A stretch of 64,000 nucleotides of DNA from a virus (lineage: Duplodnaviria > Caudoviricetes), in IMG/VR virus record IMGVR_UViG_3300020048_000083, positions 19,785 to 83,784 of that record. One strand, given 5' to 3'. This document shows positions 51,701 to 60,079 of the stretch, one piece after another. Each line of letters opens with the position of its first letter. Positions within the stretch are counted from its first letter, which is position 1. A program made the translations under genes and the position numbers. The notes beneath the pieces were generated by a model. That model was not told the DNA's origin, ran no database searches, and saw only the letters and a program-made list of their open reading frames with translations.

Positions 51701-51799
51701 AACTAACCCTAATGTTGTTACGCCTATTACCTCGGTTGAAAAAGTGAGGTCTTTTTCGGTCATATAGACGCCTGGAGAGTCATAAACTTTATTTGCCAT
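48746..51799 (-). CDS. Tail sheath protein (T4 gp18-like) with large insertion, 1017 aa
   Basis: SPGVYMTEKD, YVTRVLG, NILATPG, PWYASAG, LYKGRINPL, IWGNRNLQ...LNRLNIRRLL, IYLKPT...IDLEF. Confidence 0.95.
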   Translation of the reverse strand: MANKVYDSPGVYMTEKDLTFSTEVIGVTTLGLVGEALKGPAMQPIFIKNWDDFKVMFGGTDPTKYKGTQIPKYELAYIAKSYLSQTNQLYVTRVLGLSGFNAGMAYVLRTIGNVDQSTLTYPTPITYDIDFCANCSGTFKVLDSSTDLIDEFETLIGIDKTQFDDAFNTYFRMTSSPYPWYGNGTGATDGNGVYWGTLPTDVQAAFDLATTGGTQADAYELPSDIDPSFENEHWLVNTFILVTNLTGDTYTGKAFNFYVDPNTIGVSGSGFTTGTTTLTVVNYTGTPLLEYHNKEVATLRSRGFYSSDVLYRYADVPSPTIALTNTTDVIVDPYASFNITGTTITSGVTYDYTVNLDSTSTNYIKKVLGVTPTDKDSYLYVESFYPTVLQEGYNNRKIKGVHPTIKVTGTYSHYKFQYQTPMTPYFVSELRGGLPQRLFRLVSISDGNTANTEIKVSIANVSLDTKTFDIYIRRYSDVDRNVVLVERFLGCNMNPSSDDFVGKKIGTIDNMFDLKSAYVMVELDEFAPTTAVPAGFEGFSYRTATSIGVPELGYKLKYYAAGETIYTPPFGDPVISSGDKVRKNYLGFSDTVGLDPDFLQFKGMSGTPTWGQGSEWGGRTKGFHMDMNAASILDSNGDSVFAVGVGQFTDNVALTTDTTEPYSDIRTRKFTCLLAGGFDGWDIFRNSRTNTDPYKIGRAGYVAGGFVTFNIQGKDDDYGTSDYYAYQIGAQSQENPEDVNINILATPGIDLLNNTDLVRDALEIIEEKRQDAIYLPTLPDIKLLNNNSPANTDDWYYPRDIVSELEGTDIDSNYAAVFYPWYQIYDADNSTNLFISPTVDVVRNLALTDNVAHPWYASAGYKRGLVNAKRTRIKLTQDYRDILYKGRINPLATFSDIGVAIWGNRNLQVANSALNRLNIRRLLLQTKKLIGQVGNRLLFDPNDDTIRTDFLAAVNPILDNIRKERGLIDFRVKLEPQADGDDRNTLRGKIYLKPTPALEVIDLEFTVTPTNVSFDSF

Positions 51800-51853
51800 A
51801 ATTCGTTTTCCTTTAAATTATTATTGTGTTTGGTAGCTAATACCTTAATTTCT

Positions 51854-51861
51854 TATAAATA
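51854..51861 (-). promoter_or_regulatory. Putative late promoter box for tail sheath
   Basis: TATTTATA on coding strand 54 nt upstream of ATG. Confidence 0.55.
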
Positions 51862-51906
51862 TACCAGTAAAGTCGAAAAATCTTCTGGTAATCAATTTTT
51901 TTACGC

Positions 51907-52680
51907 TTAATTAGTAACTTCAGTTATAGTCAAAACCCTACTAATCATAGGGACGACTTCAAAATCTCTCGGGTCTATTATAAAACCTTGCGTTTTGAAC
52001 TTATATAGTTGAATGTAAAATCGTTTTCCTTTTAGGTCTGTAACCTCGCTTTCATCGTCTGTTGACTCCAAAGTAATAGGAATAAAGTGACCATTTACTT
52101 GGCTATATGCCTGCAACGATTGAAACTTTTTCATCACGATATTATTAAATTCGTTAAGCTCACGCTGTCGGTAAGAAAATATCCTTACGTCATATGAAAT
52201 ATCGATCGGAACTGGCTGCGGAATTTTATATAAATCCACACCCTTTCTGTTGCCGTCCCACGTCGGAACCTCGGCATAAACATACTTGCGACCTTGCGGG
52301 ATGTTGTAAATCAAACTTGGATGTGTACCGACCTGAGTATCAGGCTGTCTTATGATTGTAATGAATGGAATTTTGATATTTTTGTACTTATCGCTGAACT
52401 CCCAAGTTTTACTGTATTCATTCCACCCTTGGATACCCATCATAATAACGGGAAGCTTTCGCTTAATAACAGTATTATCATTTTCAACGTAATCGCAAAC
52501 TATTTCCAGATCAGTATTAACGAATTCTTTAAACCCAGCGTCCAAATCTTCGTGGAGCACACCTTTTGGTAGAAATACGTCCTTATCCGTGATCATTTCT
52601 TTGATCTGTTCACGGCGCTGGATACCATCGGGTCTACCAAGGATATTTAATTTCTTTTTGTATGTTTGCGGTGTTGCCAT
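51907..52680 (-). CDS. Tail completion/terminator protein (gp15-like), ~257 aa
   Basis: IPFITIIRQ...PVPIDISYDVRIF; precedes sheath; start moved to ATG 52680, 1 nt after the upstream stop. Confidence 0.6.
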   Translation of the reverse strand: MATPQTYKKKLNILGRPDGIQRREQIKEMITDKDVFLPKGVLHEDLDAGFKEFVNTDLEIVCDYVENDNTVIKRKLPVIMMGIQGWNEYSKTWEFSDKYKNIKIPFITIIRQPDTQVGTHPSLIYNIPQGRKYVYAEVPTWDGNRKGVDLYKIPQPVPIDISYDVRIFSYRQRELNEFNNIVMKKFQSLQAYSQVNGHFIPITLESTDDESEVTDLKGKRFYIQLYKFKTQGFIIDPRDFEVVPMISRVLTITEVTN

Positions 52681-52681
52681 A

Positions 52682-53206
52682 TTAAACGCCTGTGAATAAG
52701 TTTGGATCGAGTGTAACGCACATAATGCTTCGGTAATAACCTTTAAGACCGAACCTTGTGTGTTTATTATCGGCGGTAATCTTGCCGTCGTCCTGAACCG
52801 ACCAATATTTAAAGTTATGCTCTTTATCTGAGTATCCAACAACGTCGCCATAGGAAACATCGACATTTTTATCTTGAAGCTCTTGTATAAATACTTGGAA
52901 TGTTAGATTTCCGTACTGCTGATAACGCATTGTCTGATTTTGTTTGTTGTATGCCTTGTTTTCAGCTTCTTCTATCTTCAGATTAGCCACCTTTAAAACA
53001 ACTGGCTCTAAATAACGCACATCGCGTGCATTACTCTCGCCGTAAATGTCGTCAGTGTCTGTTTTAGCGCGATCTATACGGAAAAGTGTTACCGATAGGT
53101 TCATATCGTTTTTAACGAATTCGTCTGCCATTTCCATATCCAACTTGAAATCGTCTTCGTCATATAGGAAGTTAAGTCTGGTGTTTGGATTACTTTCGTT
53201 ACTCAT
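52682..53206 (-). CDS. Neck/head-closure protein (gp14-like), ~174 aa
   Basis: DDIYGE...EPVVL...GNLTFQVFIQELQ...GDVVGY; start MSNESN at 53206 after a TATTTATG box (53219-53226). Confidence 0.55.
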   Translation of the reverse strand: MSNESNPNTRLNFLYDEDDFKLDMEMADEFVKNDMNLSVTLFRIDRAKTDTDDIYGESNARDVRYLEPVVLKVANLKIEEAENKAYNKQNQTMRYQQYGNLTFQVFIQELQDKNVDVSYGDVVGYSDKEHNFKYWSVQDDGKITADNKHTRFGLKGYYRSIMCVTLDPNLFTGV

Positions 53207-53293
53207 ACTGCATTTTATCATAAATACTTTGATTTTTGGGATAAATTGTCTATATTTAAGTAAAGAAGAATAAAAAAATTAAGAAAGTCGGTA

Positions 53294-55093
53294 ATGACTA
53301 AAATACCAATAGAAAGCGAAGCAACTAAGATCATTAGAAGTTATACTGGAACCAACGATTATATACTATATTATAAAAAAATGTTACGGATTAACCCGTA
53401 TTATCTTATTTCTCGCGAATTAGCGAAATATGTCATAAAAAATCAAAATCTCAACCCAACGGTAATGAATAAATGGGTTGATATACACCCATATAGTGCC
53501 GACGAGCTTCAAAAATTCTTCAAAAAGGATAAAGCACCAGAGAAGATATTCGTAAACAAGGTTTTAGCTGTAAAACCTAACGAATCTATACACGTATGGG
53601 GAAAGATGTTAGAAGAGGAAAATTATTACTATTCGATGTTTATTACAACGTCGGCTTTTACAAAAGTCCGCCATTTGTCACCAATCGATTGGTCTAAATA
53701 TAAAAATCGACCGCCAAAGAAACATCAAATTCCTGCAATAGAAAAACTGGTTGCTAATCCGCGATTTATCTTAGCTGATGATATGGGTCTTGGGAAAACT
53801 TTAAGCGCTATTGTTGCCGCTAAAGAGATTGGGGCTAAACGAATACTTATTGTTTGCCCAGCAACTCTGAAACTCAATTGGAAAAAGGAAATTGAGTATT
53901 TTGAAGATAAAAAAGACGTCGTTATAGTGGATGGTAACGACTGGAAAAAAGCTAAATGGGTTATTGTTAATTATGATATCCTACGAAACTTCCACCACAT
54001 GCCGCAGGCTGGTGTAAAAGCGTCTGATCTACCATTGACGGCAATACAGATCGCTCAGTTTGATCTGGTAATCGCGGACGAAGCCCATAGACTTAAAGAC
54101 GCCTCTAGCAATAGATCAAAAATATTCAACAATTTTGTGTACGACATACCAAACCGATGGCTTTTGACTGGAACGCCCATAACAAACAAGCCAATTGACT
54201 ACTTTAATCTATTACAGATATGTGGAAGCCCGCTGGCTGATAATTGGCAGAGATATGTTAAAACATACTGTGACGGCAAGCGATTTACCAATAGGTCTAC
54301 TGGTAAAAAATACTGGGTAGCGGGTGGTCACTCCAACTTGGACGAGCTGCGTAAATATACTCAGAATTTAATTCTACGACGGATGAAAACTGAGGTCGAA
54401 GACCTTCCAGATAAAATAATTAGACCAGTGTATCTGCCATTGACGTCAACAGTGATGTATGATAGATATATGAACGAATATGAAGACTGGTTAAACGATA
54501 TGGACGAAAAGGGTGAAGCGGTTCCGCCTTGGGAACATCTTACACGGCTTATTAAAATACGTCAAATGTTATCGCTAGACAAAATAGATACAACAGTTGA
54601 GCTGGCGATGGACTTTATAGAAGAGGGTAAAAAGGTGGTGATATTCAGCTGTTTCACCGAAACCCTTGATTACCTTATGGAAAAATTAGGTAATATTGCC
54701 GTTAGACTTGACGGCGGAATGTCTTTAATTAACCGACAGAAATCAGTAGACGCATTTCAAAATAGTCCTAAAATTAAAGCTTTCTGTAGCAATATTATTG
54801 CTGGCGGGGTAGGTATTACCTTGACCGCTGGAGAGGTTGTTATATTCAATGATTTGGATTGGGTACCAACAAACCATGTTCAAGCCGAGGATAGGGTGCT
54901 GCGTATTGGTCAAAAAAATAATGTAAATATATTCTATCCGTTATTTGACGAAACACTGGATATTGTTATGTTTGACGCATTAACAAATAAAAAAGCGGTT
55001 ATCAATGAAGTTATGGGGGATACCGAAGCGGCGTTTAGTGAAACTATGCTGAAATACGTTGTTGAAAGGTTAAAACATCAAGAGGTTAATTAA
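53294..55093 (+). CDS. SNF2-family helicase (SMARCAL1/HARP-like), 599 aa
   Basis: LADDMGLGKT, VIADEAHRLK, LLTGTPITN, GGVGITLTAG, QAEDRVLRIGQ. Confidence 0.92.
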   Translation: MTKIPIESEATKIIRSYTGTNDYILYYKKMLRINPYYLISRELAKYVIKNQNLNPTVMNKWVDIHPYSADELQKFFKKDKAPEKIFVNKVLAVKPNESIHVWGKMLEEENYYYSMFITTSAFTKVRHLSPIDWSKYKNRPPKKHQIPAIEKLVANPRFILADDMGLGKTLSAIVAAKEIGAKRILIVCPATLKLNWKKEIEYFEDKKDVVIVDGNDWKKAKWVIVNYDILRNFHHMPQAGVKASDLPLTAIQIAQFDLVIADEAHRLKDASSNRSKIFNNFVYDIPNRWLLTGTPITNKPIDYFNLLQICGSPLADNWQRYVKTYCDGKRFTNRSTGKKYWVAGGHSNLDELRKYTQNLILRRMKTEVEDLPDKIIRPVYLPLTSTVMYDRYMNEYEDWLNDMDEKGEAVPPWEHLTRLIKIRQMLSLDKIDTTVELAMDFIEEGKKVVIFSCFTETLDYLMEKLGNIAVRLDGGMSLINRQKSVDAFQNSPKIKAFCSNIIAGGVGITLTAGEVVIFNDLDWVPTNHVQAEDRVLRIGQKNNVNIFYPLFDETLDIVMFDALTNKKAVINEVMGDTEAAFSETMLKYVVERLKHQEVN

Positions 55094-55102
55094 AATACAT
55101 TT

Positions 55103-55696
55103 TTACAAAACCTCTTTAACCATAATATTATCGATTTCAAGCCATACAAGGTTTCCAGTATCTCCGCCACCAGTTAAAAGGAAAAATACACCTAAAAAGT
55201 TATTTTGTGAACTCTCCCACTCATATTCTACTGAAGTGGCATTACTTGTGTTTGACGCTAAGCTCGTTATAGATACCGAATTACTCGTATACGTTGTAAT
55301 CTGATTTACCGCAATACTATGTGAAGACCTATACTGAATCCATATTCTATATGTTTTACCGTTAGCGTTTGTTACGCCGAAATTGTTTGTATAAACAAAC
55401 GCCGATCCCACGGCAATCTTACATTCAACCCGCTGTGCCCGATCAGAGAAGCCGTTTACGCCATTAATAATACTGAGATTATAATTATTAGGGTTAGATA
55501 TTTGCCAAGAATCGCCAAACTGCGTTGCCCCGCTAACATTCCAGTCTGTTGTATTATCGCCATCCGCGTTTATAACCATATTACTACCATATCCTGATGT
55601 ATTACCAGTAAAGTATAGTTTAAACCAGTTTCCTGATACTGGCGTCGTTTCAAATGTTAACCTATTATCGGCGGTTTGTCTAATTGGTAAAGCCAT
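55103..55696 (-). CDS. Putative virion decoration/adhesion protein with shared N-terminal peptide, 197 aa
   Basis: N-terminus MALPIRQTADNRLTFETTPVSGNWFKLYF is paralogous to the next gene; remainder is a beta-rich unknown domain. Confidence 0.6.
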   Translation of the reverse strand: MALPIRQTADNRLTFETTPVSGNWFKLYFTGNTSGYGSNMVINADGDNTTDWNVSGATQFGDSWQISNPNNYNLSIINGVNGFSDRAQRVECKIAVGSAFVYTNNFGVTNANGKTYRIWIQYRSSHSIAVNQITTYTSNSVSITSLASNTSNATSVEYEWESSQNNFLGVFFLLTGGGDTGNLVWLEIDNIMVKEVL

Positions 55697-55698
55697 AA

Positions 55699-56886
55699 TT
55701 ATGCATTGTTAATATCATTATTGTAATAACACATTGCCGCAGATGTATAATTAATTGTACCCAATAAATCCAATACATCTGATACAATCCATGACCCATT
55801 TGCGAAATATGCTAATTTCCCAGTGGTATATTGATCTGTATTATTAGTAGCAAAATTCATGTTATGTGCGTCATCAAATACAATAATATCTTCATACGAA
55901 GTAACCAAAGAGTAATCACCTGAAGCGAGAAACACGTTGTCAAACAAGAAAATATTATCTACCTCAATATTTGCTGAAATGGTGTTAGTAGATTCAAATA
56001 ATTTTGTTACTGGTAAATTGTCTACGGAACTGTAAATGTTTAATCTTATCTTGTAATCAGTTCCTGGATTCGCTGCATCACCATTTAAAAGTATACTTTT
56101 AATATTACAGTTAGGTAATGTTACTTTTTGAGAAAGAATAACAGGCGCGGATGGATAGCCGCCATATGTTACTATACTACTTGTTCTTGTAGTTGCGATC
56201 GAATGAATACCATCCAAAGTAGACCAAGCCGAGTTATCGGTTACAATAGGTATTAAAGAGCCATCACGAAATTTGGTTTCGCTCAAGTTATCTGCAAGCC
56301 ATTCCTGAGTACCAATACATATAGTACGATAAACTTTTCCATCATTACCTATATAAGTACCACTTTGCCCATTAGTTAAAGTAGTAGTAATTTTTAAAGG
56401 TCTAACCGTAAATCCATAAGTTTTATATGTCCAACTTATACCACCAAATGTAGTATCATTTATCCATAAATTATAAGGATAAATAGTATTTTGATCAGTA
56501 CACACTATCCAACATAATCCTTTTATACCGTTAAATATACCACTATTATTTCTATTACCAGAGCCTCTTGCGTTAAACTTACTTAAATTATTACCATTTC
56601 CAGTAATCCAATATGTTGTACCTATTTCTTTAAGTTTATTTTGTGCTACAAGTCCCTCTCCAAGATAAGTAAGTAATGCTTCAAAATCAGCTTTAGCAGG
56701 AATTTTAAAACCTACAGGTGTTAAATTTCGTGCATCAGTAGCAGCATACCAATTATACAAAGCTCCATATTTTATTGTATCAACTATTTCTAATTCATTA
56801 AAATATAGTTTATGGTTATCACCAAAAAACGGACTAATTTCAAACGTTAATCTATTGTTTGATATCAGATAAATGGGTAGTGCCAT
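55699..56886 (-). CDS. FISUMP-domain protein (circularly permuted, with insertion), 395 aa
   Basis: YGALYNWYAA...GFTVRPLK precedes GNDGKVYRTICIGTQEWLADNL...AWSTL; ends AMCYYNND. Confidence 0.8.
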   Translation of the reverse strand: MALPIYLISNNRLTFEISPFFGDNHKLYFNELEIVDTIKYGALYNWYAATDARNLTPVGFKIPAKADFEALLTYLGEGLVAQNKLKEIGTTYWITGNGNNLSKFNARGSGNRNNSGIFNGIKGLCWIVCTDQNTIYPYNLWINDTTFGGISWTYKTYGFTVRPLKITTTLTNGQSGTYIGNDGKVYRTICIGTQEWLADNLSETKFRDGSLIPIVTDNSAWSTLDGIHSIATTRTSSIVTYGGYPSAPVILSQKVTLPNCNIKSILLNGDAANPGTDYKIRLNIYSSVDNLPVTKLFESTNTISANIEVDNIFLFDNVFLASGDYSLVTSYEDIIVFDDAHNMNFATNNTDQYTTGKLAYFANGSWIVSDVLDLLGTINYTSAAMCYYNNDINNA

Positions 56887-56899
56887 GTTGCTATTTTAT

Positions 56900-56949
56900 T
56901 ATAAATATTAGTTAATAGTTAATGTTTTACGAGTAACAGAATATTTATA
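56900..56949. promoter_or_regulatory. Back-to-back TATTTATA boxes in a divergent intergenic region
   Basis: Minus-strand TATTTATA at 56900-56907 (13 nt from ATG 56886) and plus-strand TATTTATA at 56942-56949 (15 nt from ATG 56965). Confidence 0.6.
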
Positions 56950-56964
56950 AAAAAAAGCTTCAGT

Positions 56965-58059
56965 ATGTTACAGATCGAGCCCCAAGAAAAAGACAAAATA
57001 TTCCGCCAAGCGCGAAACAGGCTTGGTGCCCCGTTGCGTAAAATCCAATTGGAAGACGAGCAGATGCTTACCCTCTTGGAAACGGCTACGGAAGATTACG
57101 TTGAGTATATTCAGAACTTTTTGATTGAACACCAATGGATCAATCTTATTGGGCTGGACGTTAATGAAGACGACGTTGCCCGCGCATTGATTACAAGGAA
57201 CTATGATCTACTTACCCAATATACATACGCCTACTCAAAAATTGTTGGCTTAGGAGCTGGTGAAGGTGGCTACGAGCTTAAAAAAGACTACATAATTCTT
57301 CGAAAGGGTGTCCAAATGTATCAGATTCCCGCCAGAAGGGAGATCAACGAAGTTCTTTGGTATACCCCAGCCACAATGGATAAGAGTGTTATCGACCCAT
57401 TTTTGGGTGTTTGGAATAACCAGTTCGGAGGTGAGTACATCGGATTAGGTAGTTATTACATTATGCCAGCCTTCGATATATTACTTAGGGCGGCAGATAG
57501 AAGTTTGAAAAATAGGATTATACGTTCAGAATTAGTGTACAAGGTGACGAACGGGCCTGACGGAACAAAGTTTGTTCACCTAATGTCAGTACCTGGTGGT
57601 CGCTTTGACTTCCGTAGCTCACTAATAGACCAAGCCCGAGTTTGGTACTGGTATTACGATTTACCAGCTAAAGGTGAAAAGTGTGATCTTTACAAATACA
57701 AAGATATTATCAAAACCCCAGCAGATGTTCCGTTGGCTGACATGAGCTTTGAAGAGCTGAACGCGCCGTCTAAAGTTTGGATTCGTCGATACTTTGTTTC
57801 CTTATGTAAGGAAACGCTGGGTCGTGTCCGCGGTACATTCGGCGGCAAAGTACCAATCCCAGACGCAGAAATGACTATGGATTACCAAACTTTACTATCA
57901 GAAGCAACCAATGAAATGGCTATTTTGAAGAAGGAGTTAGAAGAAAGATTAACTCGTCTGTCGCCGTTAGCCACGTCGGATCGATTAGCAAAGGAAGCCG
58001 AGAATATTAACCTCGGGCTAAGGTATCGTCCATTCCAGAAACCAATACGCTACATATAA
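56965..58059 (+). CDS. Neck protein / head-tail adaptor (T4 gp13-like), 364 aa
   Basis: RNRLGAPLRKIQLEDEQ, WIRRYFVSLCKETLGRVRGTFGG...P...MDYQTLLSEA. Confidence 0.8.
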   Translation: MLQIEPQEKDKIFRQARNRLGAPLRKIQLEDEQMLTLLETATEDYVEYIQNFLIEHQWINLIGLDVNEDDVARALITRNYDLLTQYTYAYSKIVGLGAGEGGYELKKDYIILRKGVQMYQIPARREINEVLWYTPATMDKSVIDPFLGVWNNQFGGEYIGLGSYYIMPAFDILLRAADRSLKNRIIRSELVYKVTNGPDGTKFVHLMSVPGGRFDFRSSLIDQARVWYWYYDLPAKGEKCDLYKYKDIIKTPADVPLADMSFEELNAPSKVWIRRYFVSLCKETLGRVRGTFGGKVPIPDAEMTMDYQTLLSEATNEMAILKKELEERLTRLSPLATSDRLAKEAENINLGLRYRPFQKPIRYI

Positions 58060-58081
58060 TAAATTAAACAAAATTGAAACA

Positions 58082-60070
58082 ATGTTGATATTACGAAATG
58101 CCTTAGATCGTCCTTTAAGTTGGGATGAAATGGATCACAACTTTGAAGTATTAGAGATTAATGCGTGGGTTAAACAAGGGTACGAAAAAAACCAAAAATG
58201 TTTCGTGGTAGACGGTAGCTATACAACGATCTACAACTGCGTATGCACGCATATACAAGAAGCTTACGAGCCAGCTGACGTGTTTATCACCACGTATGGC
58301 GCAACAACTATATGGGAGCCTATTTCAAGCACGTATAATGGTCAGCCGTCAAACACTGATATTTATGTTACTGGTATGACGTATAACTCGGCTATGAGTG
58401 GAAATACGCTTACCGTACACCAAACGCTTGGGTATCCAGATGTATCTGTTTTTGTACCTTCTTACGCTCTTTACGACCATTATGTTAGCAACTTTACGTT
58501 AACGGGCACAACTTTATACATATATAGAACGGGCGGGCAGCCTACCTTAACGGTAGATTTACAACCGATTATTGATATTTCAACTGGTATAACTTCAACA
58601 AATACGTACGTAACTGGCGGAACACTAAATAATTCTAATTATCATTTATACCTCAGCCGTAACGATGGAGTAATTGTTGATATTAATTTATATGCGCTCC
58701 ACGACCCAGATATTTACACAACTGGAGCAACGTTAAATGGTAGTATAGCGACGTTCAGAAAGAATGCGGGCTCGCCGTACACATTGGATTTATCATCTTT
58801 AGTTGTGACGGGTTCCACTGGTTCTGGATATAGTGGGTTTTCGGGTTATTCTGGTATAGATGGGGCGTCTTTAGGGTCTGGATATTCTGGCATATCTGGC
58901 TATTCTGGCTATTCTGGCGAAAGTAACGTTTCTGGGTATTCGGGTATTTCTGGTTGGTCTGGTTATTCTGGTTGGTCTGGTTATTCTGGGGCGGCTGGTA
59001 GCTCTGGATGGGCGACAGACCCCGAATTGATTTATGATCCATTAGCAAATATATTATCCGTTCCTAATATTGAAGTTGGTTCTGGATACTTTAAATATTT
59101 GGATGGTAATCAGGCTTCAGGGTACGTATTAACCTCAAATGCCAGCGGTGTAGCATATTGGTCGGCTGGCGGAGCTGGCGCGTCAGGATATTCTGGTATT
59201 TCTGGGTATTCTGGTACTGGCGCGTCAGGATATTCTGGTATTTCTGGGTATTCTGGTACTGGTGCAAGTGGGTATTCTGGTTTAGGTTCAGCTTTAACCA
59301 TAAACAATAATGCGGACAATAGAATGTTGACAGCTAACGGCGGAACGACCTCTATTGATGCTGAAACTGGTATGACGTACAATAATGGGTACATTACAAA
59401 TACAGCCAATGCTCCAGTCACTTTAGAATTAGATAGCTATCATTCAACCACGGCGGTGCCTAACTTTGTTATTGTTCGCGGTCGCGGAACGCCATCGGCA
59501 AAAACAGCCGCAATGACCAACGATATAATTTATGAAGAAATAGCTTATGCTATGTATGGGGTCGGTACGACTAACACATCTATTACCATGTATAAAGCCA
59601 CGCTTCAACTAAAGAGTGACCTAAATACAGCAAACCCTACCATATCTACAGAATATATTCTACAAACCCGAAACTCTACCCCAGCGGTGGATCAGATGGA
59701 TAATAGGTTAAAAATAGATACGGCGGGTGATCTAACAGTTTACGGTGGTCTTTATGTGGGTCGTCAAGTAAGTTTACCCACAGAAGTTTTTAGCAGTAAT
59801 ACAACAGGTAGTACTGGATTTTCTTATCTTGGTGAACCACCAGCATCTACAACCATAACATTCACTTTACCATTAGCCAGTAGTTTTCGAGGTAGGGTTT
59901 ACTATATAGTAAAAAATATTACAAGTAGTGGCACTTTAAGTATTGCATCAACTGGCGGAGATACTATTGCTTATCTATCCAGCCCGCAAACGCTAGCAAC
60001 GAAAGGTAAGTTTGCTATGCTACAAAGTGATGGTATAAGTAACTGGATTCCGTTAAGCATTAGTTTATAA
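58082..60070 (+). CDS. Fibre/whisker-like virion protein with Ser-Gly-aromatic triplet arrays, 662 aa
   Basis: N-terminal LRNALDRPLSWDEMDHNF fibre-type start, two SGYSG arrays, C-terminal FTLPLASSFRGRVYYIVKN fibre-type domain. Confidence 0.65.
   Translation: MLILRNALDRPLSWDEMDHNFEVLEINAWVKQGYEKNQKCFVVDGSYTTIYNCVCTHIQEAYEPADVFITTYGATTIWEPISSTYNGQPSNTDIYVTGMTYNSAMSGNTLTVHQTLGYPDVSVFVPSYALYDHYVSNFTLTGTTLYIYRTGGQPTLTVDLQPIIDISTGITSTNTYVTGGTLNNSNYHLYLSRNDGVIVDINLYALHDPDIYTTGATLNGSIATFRKNAGSPYTLDLSSLVVTGSTGSGYSGFSGYSGIDGASLGSGYSGISGYSGYSGESNVSGYSGISGWSGYSGWSGYSGAAGSSGWATDPELIYDPLANILSVPNIEVGSGYFKYLDGNQASGYVLTSNASGVAYWSAGGAGASGYSGISGYSGTGASGYSGISGYSGTGASGYSGLGSALTINNNADNRMLTANGGTTSIDAETGMTYNNGYITNTANAPVTLELDSYHSTTAVPNFVIVRGRGTPSAKTAAMTNDIIYEEIAYAMYGVGTTNTSITMYKATLQLKSDLNTANPTISTEYILQTRNSTPAVDQMDNRLKIDTAGDLTVYGGLYVGRQVSLPTEVFSSNTTGSTGFSYLGEPPASTTITFTLPLASSFRGRVYYIVKNITSSGTLSIASTGGDTIAYLSSPQTLATKGKFAMLQSDGISNWIPLSISL
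58820..59282 (+). repeat. Coding (S-G-Y/F/W/I)n arrays including a perfect 42-bp tandem duplication
   Basis: Arrays at ~58820-59007 and 59177-59282; GGCGCGTCAGGATATTCTGGTATTTCTGGGTATTCTGGTACT at 59177-59218 and 59219-59260. Confidence 0.88.
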
Positions 60071-60079
60071 AAATATATT

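Noticed and set aside
52680-52866. Track's longer N-termini for 51907-52866, 18613-19098 and 47115-47504
   Set aside because: Extensions overlap upstream genes, promoter boxes or terminators; downstream ATGs (52680, 19023, 47450) fit coupling and motifs better.
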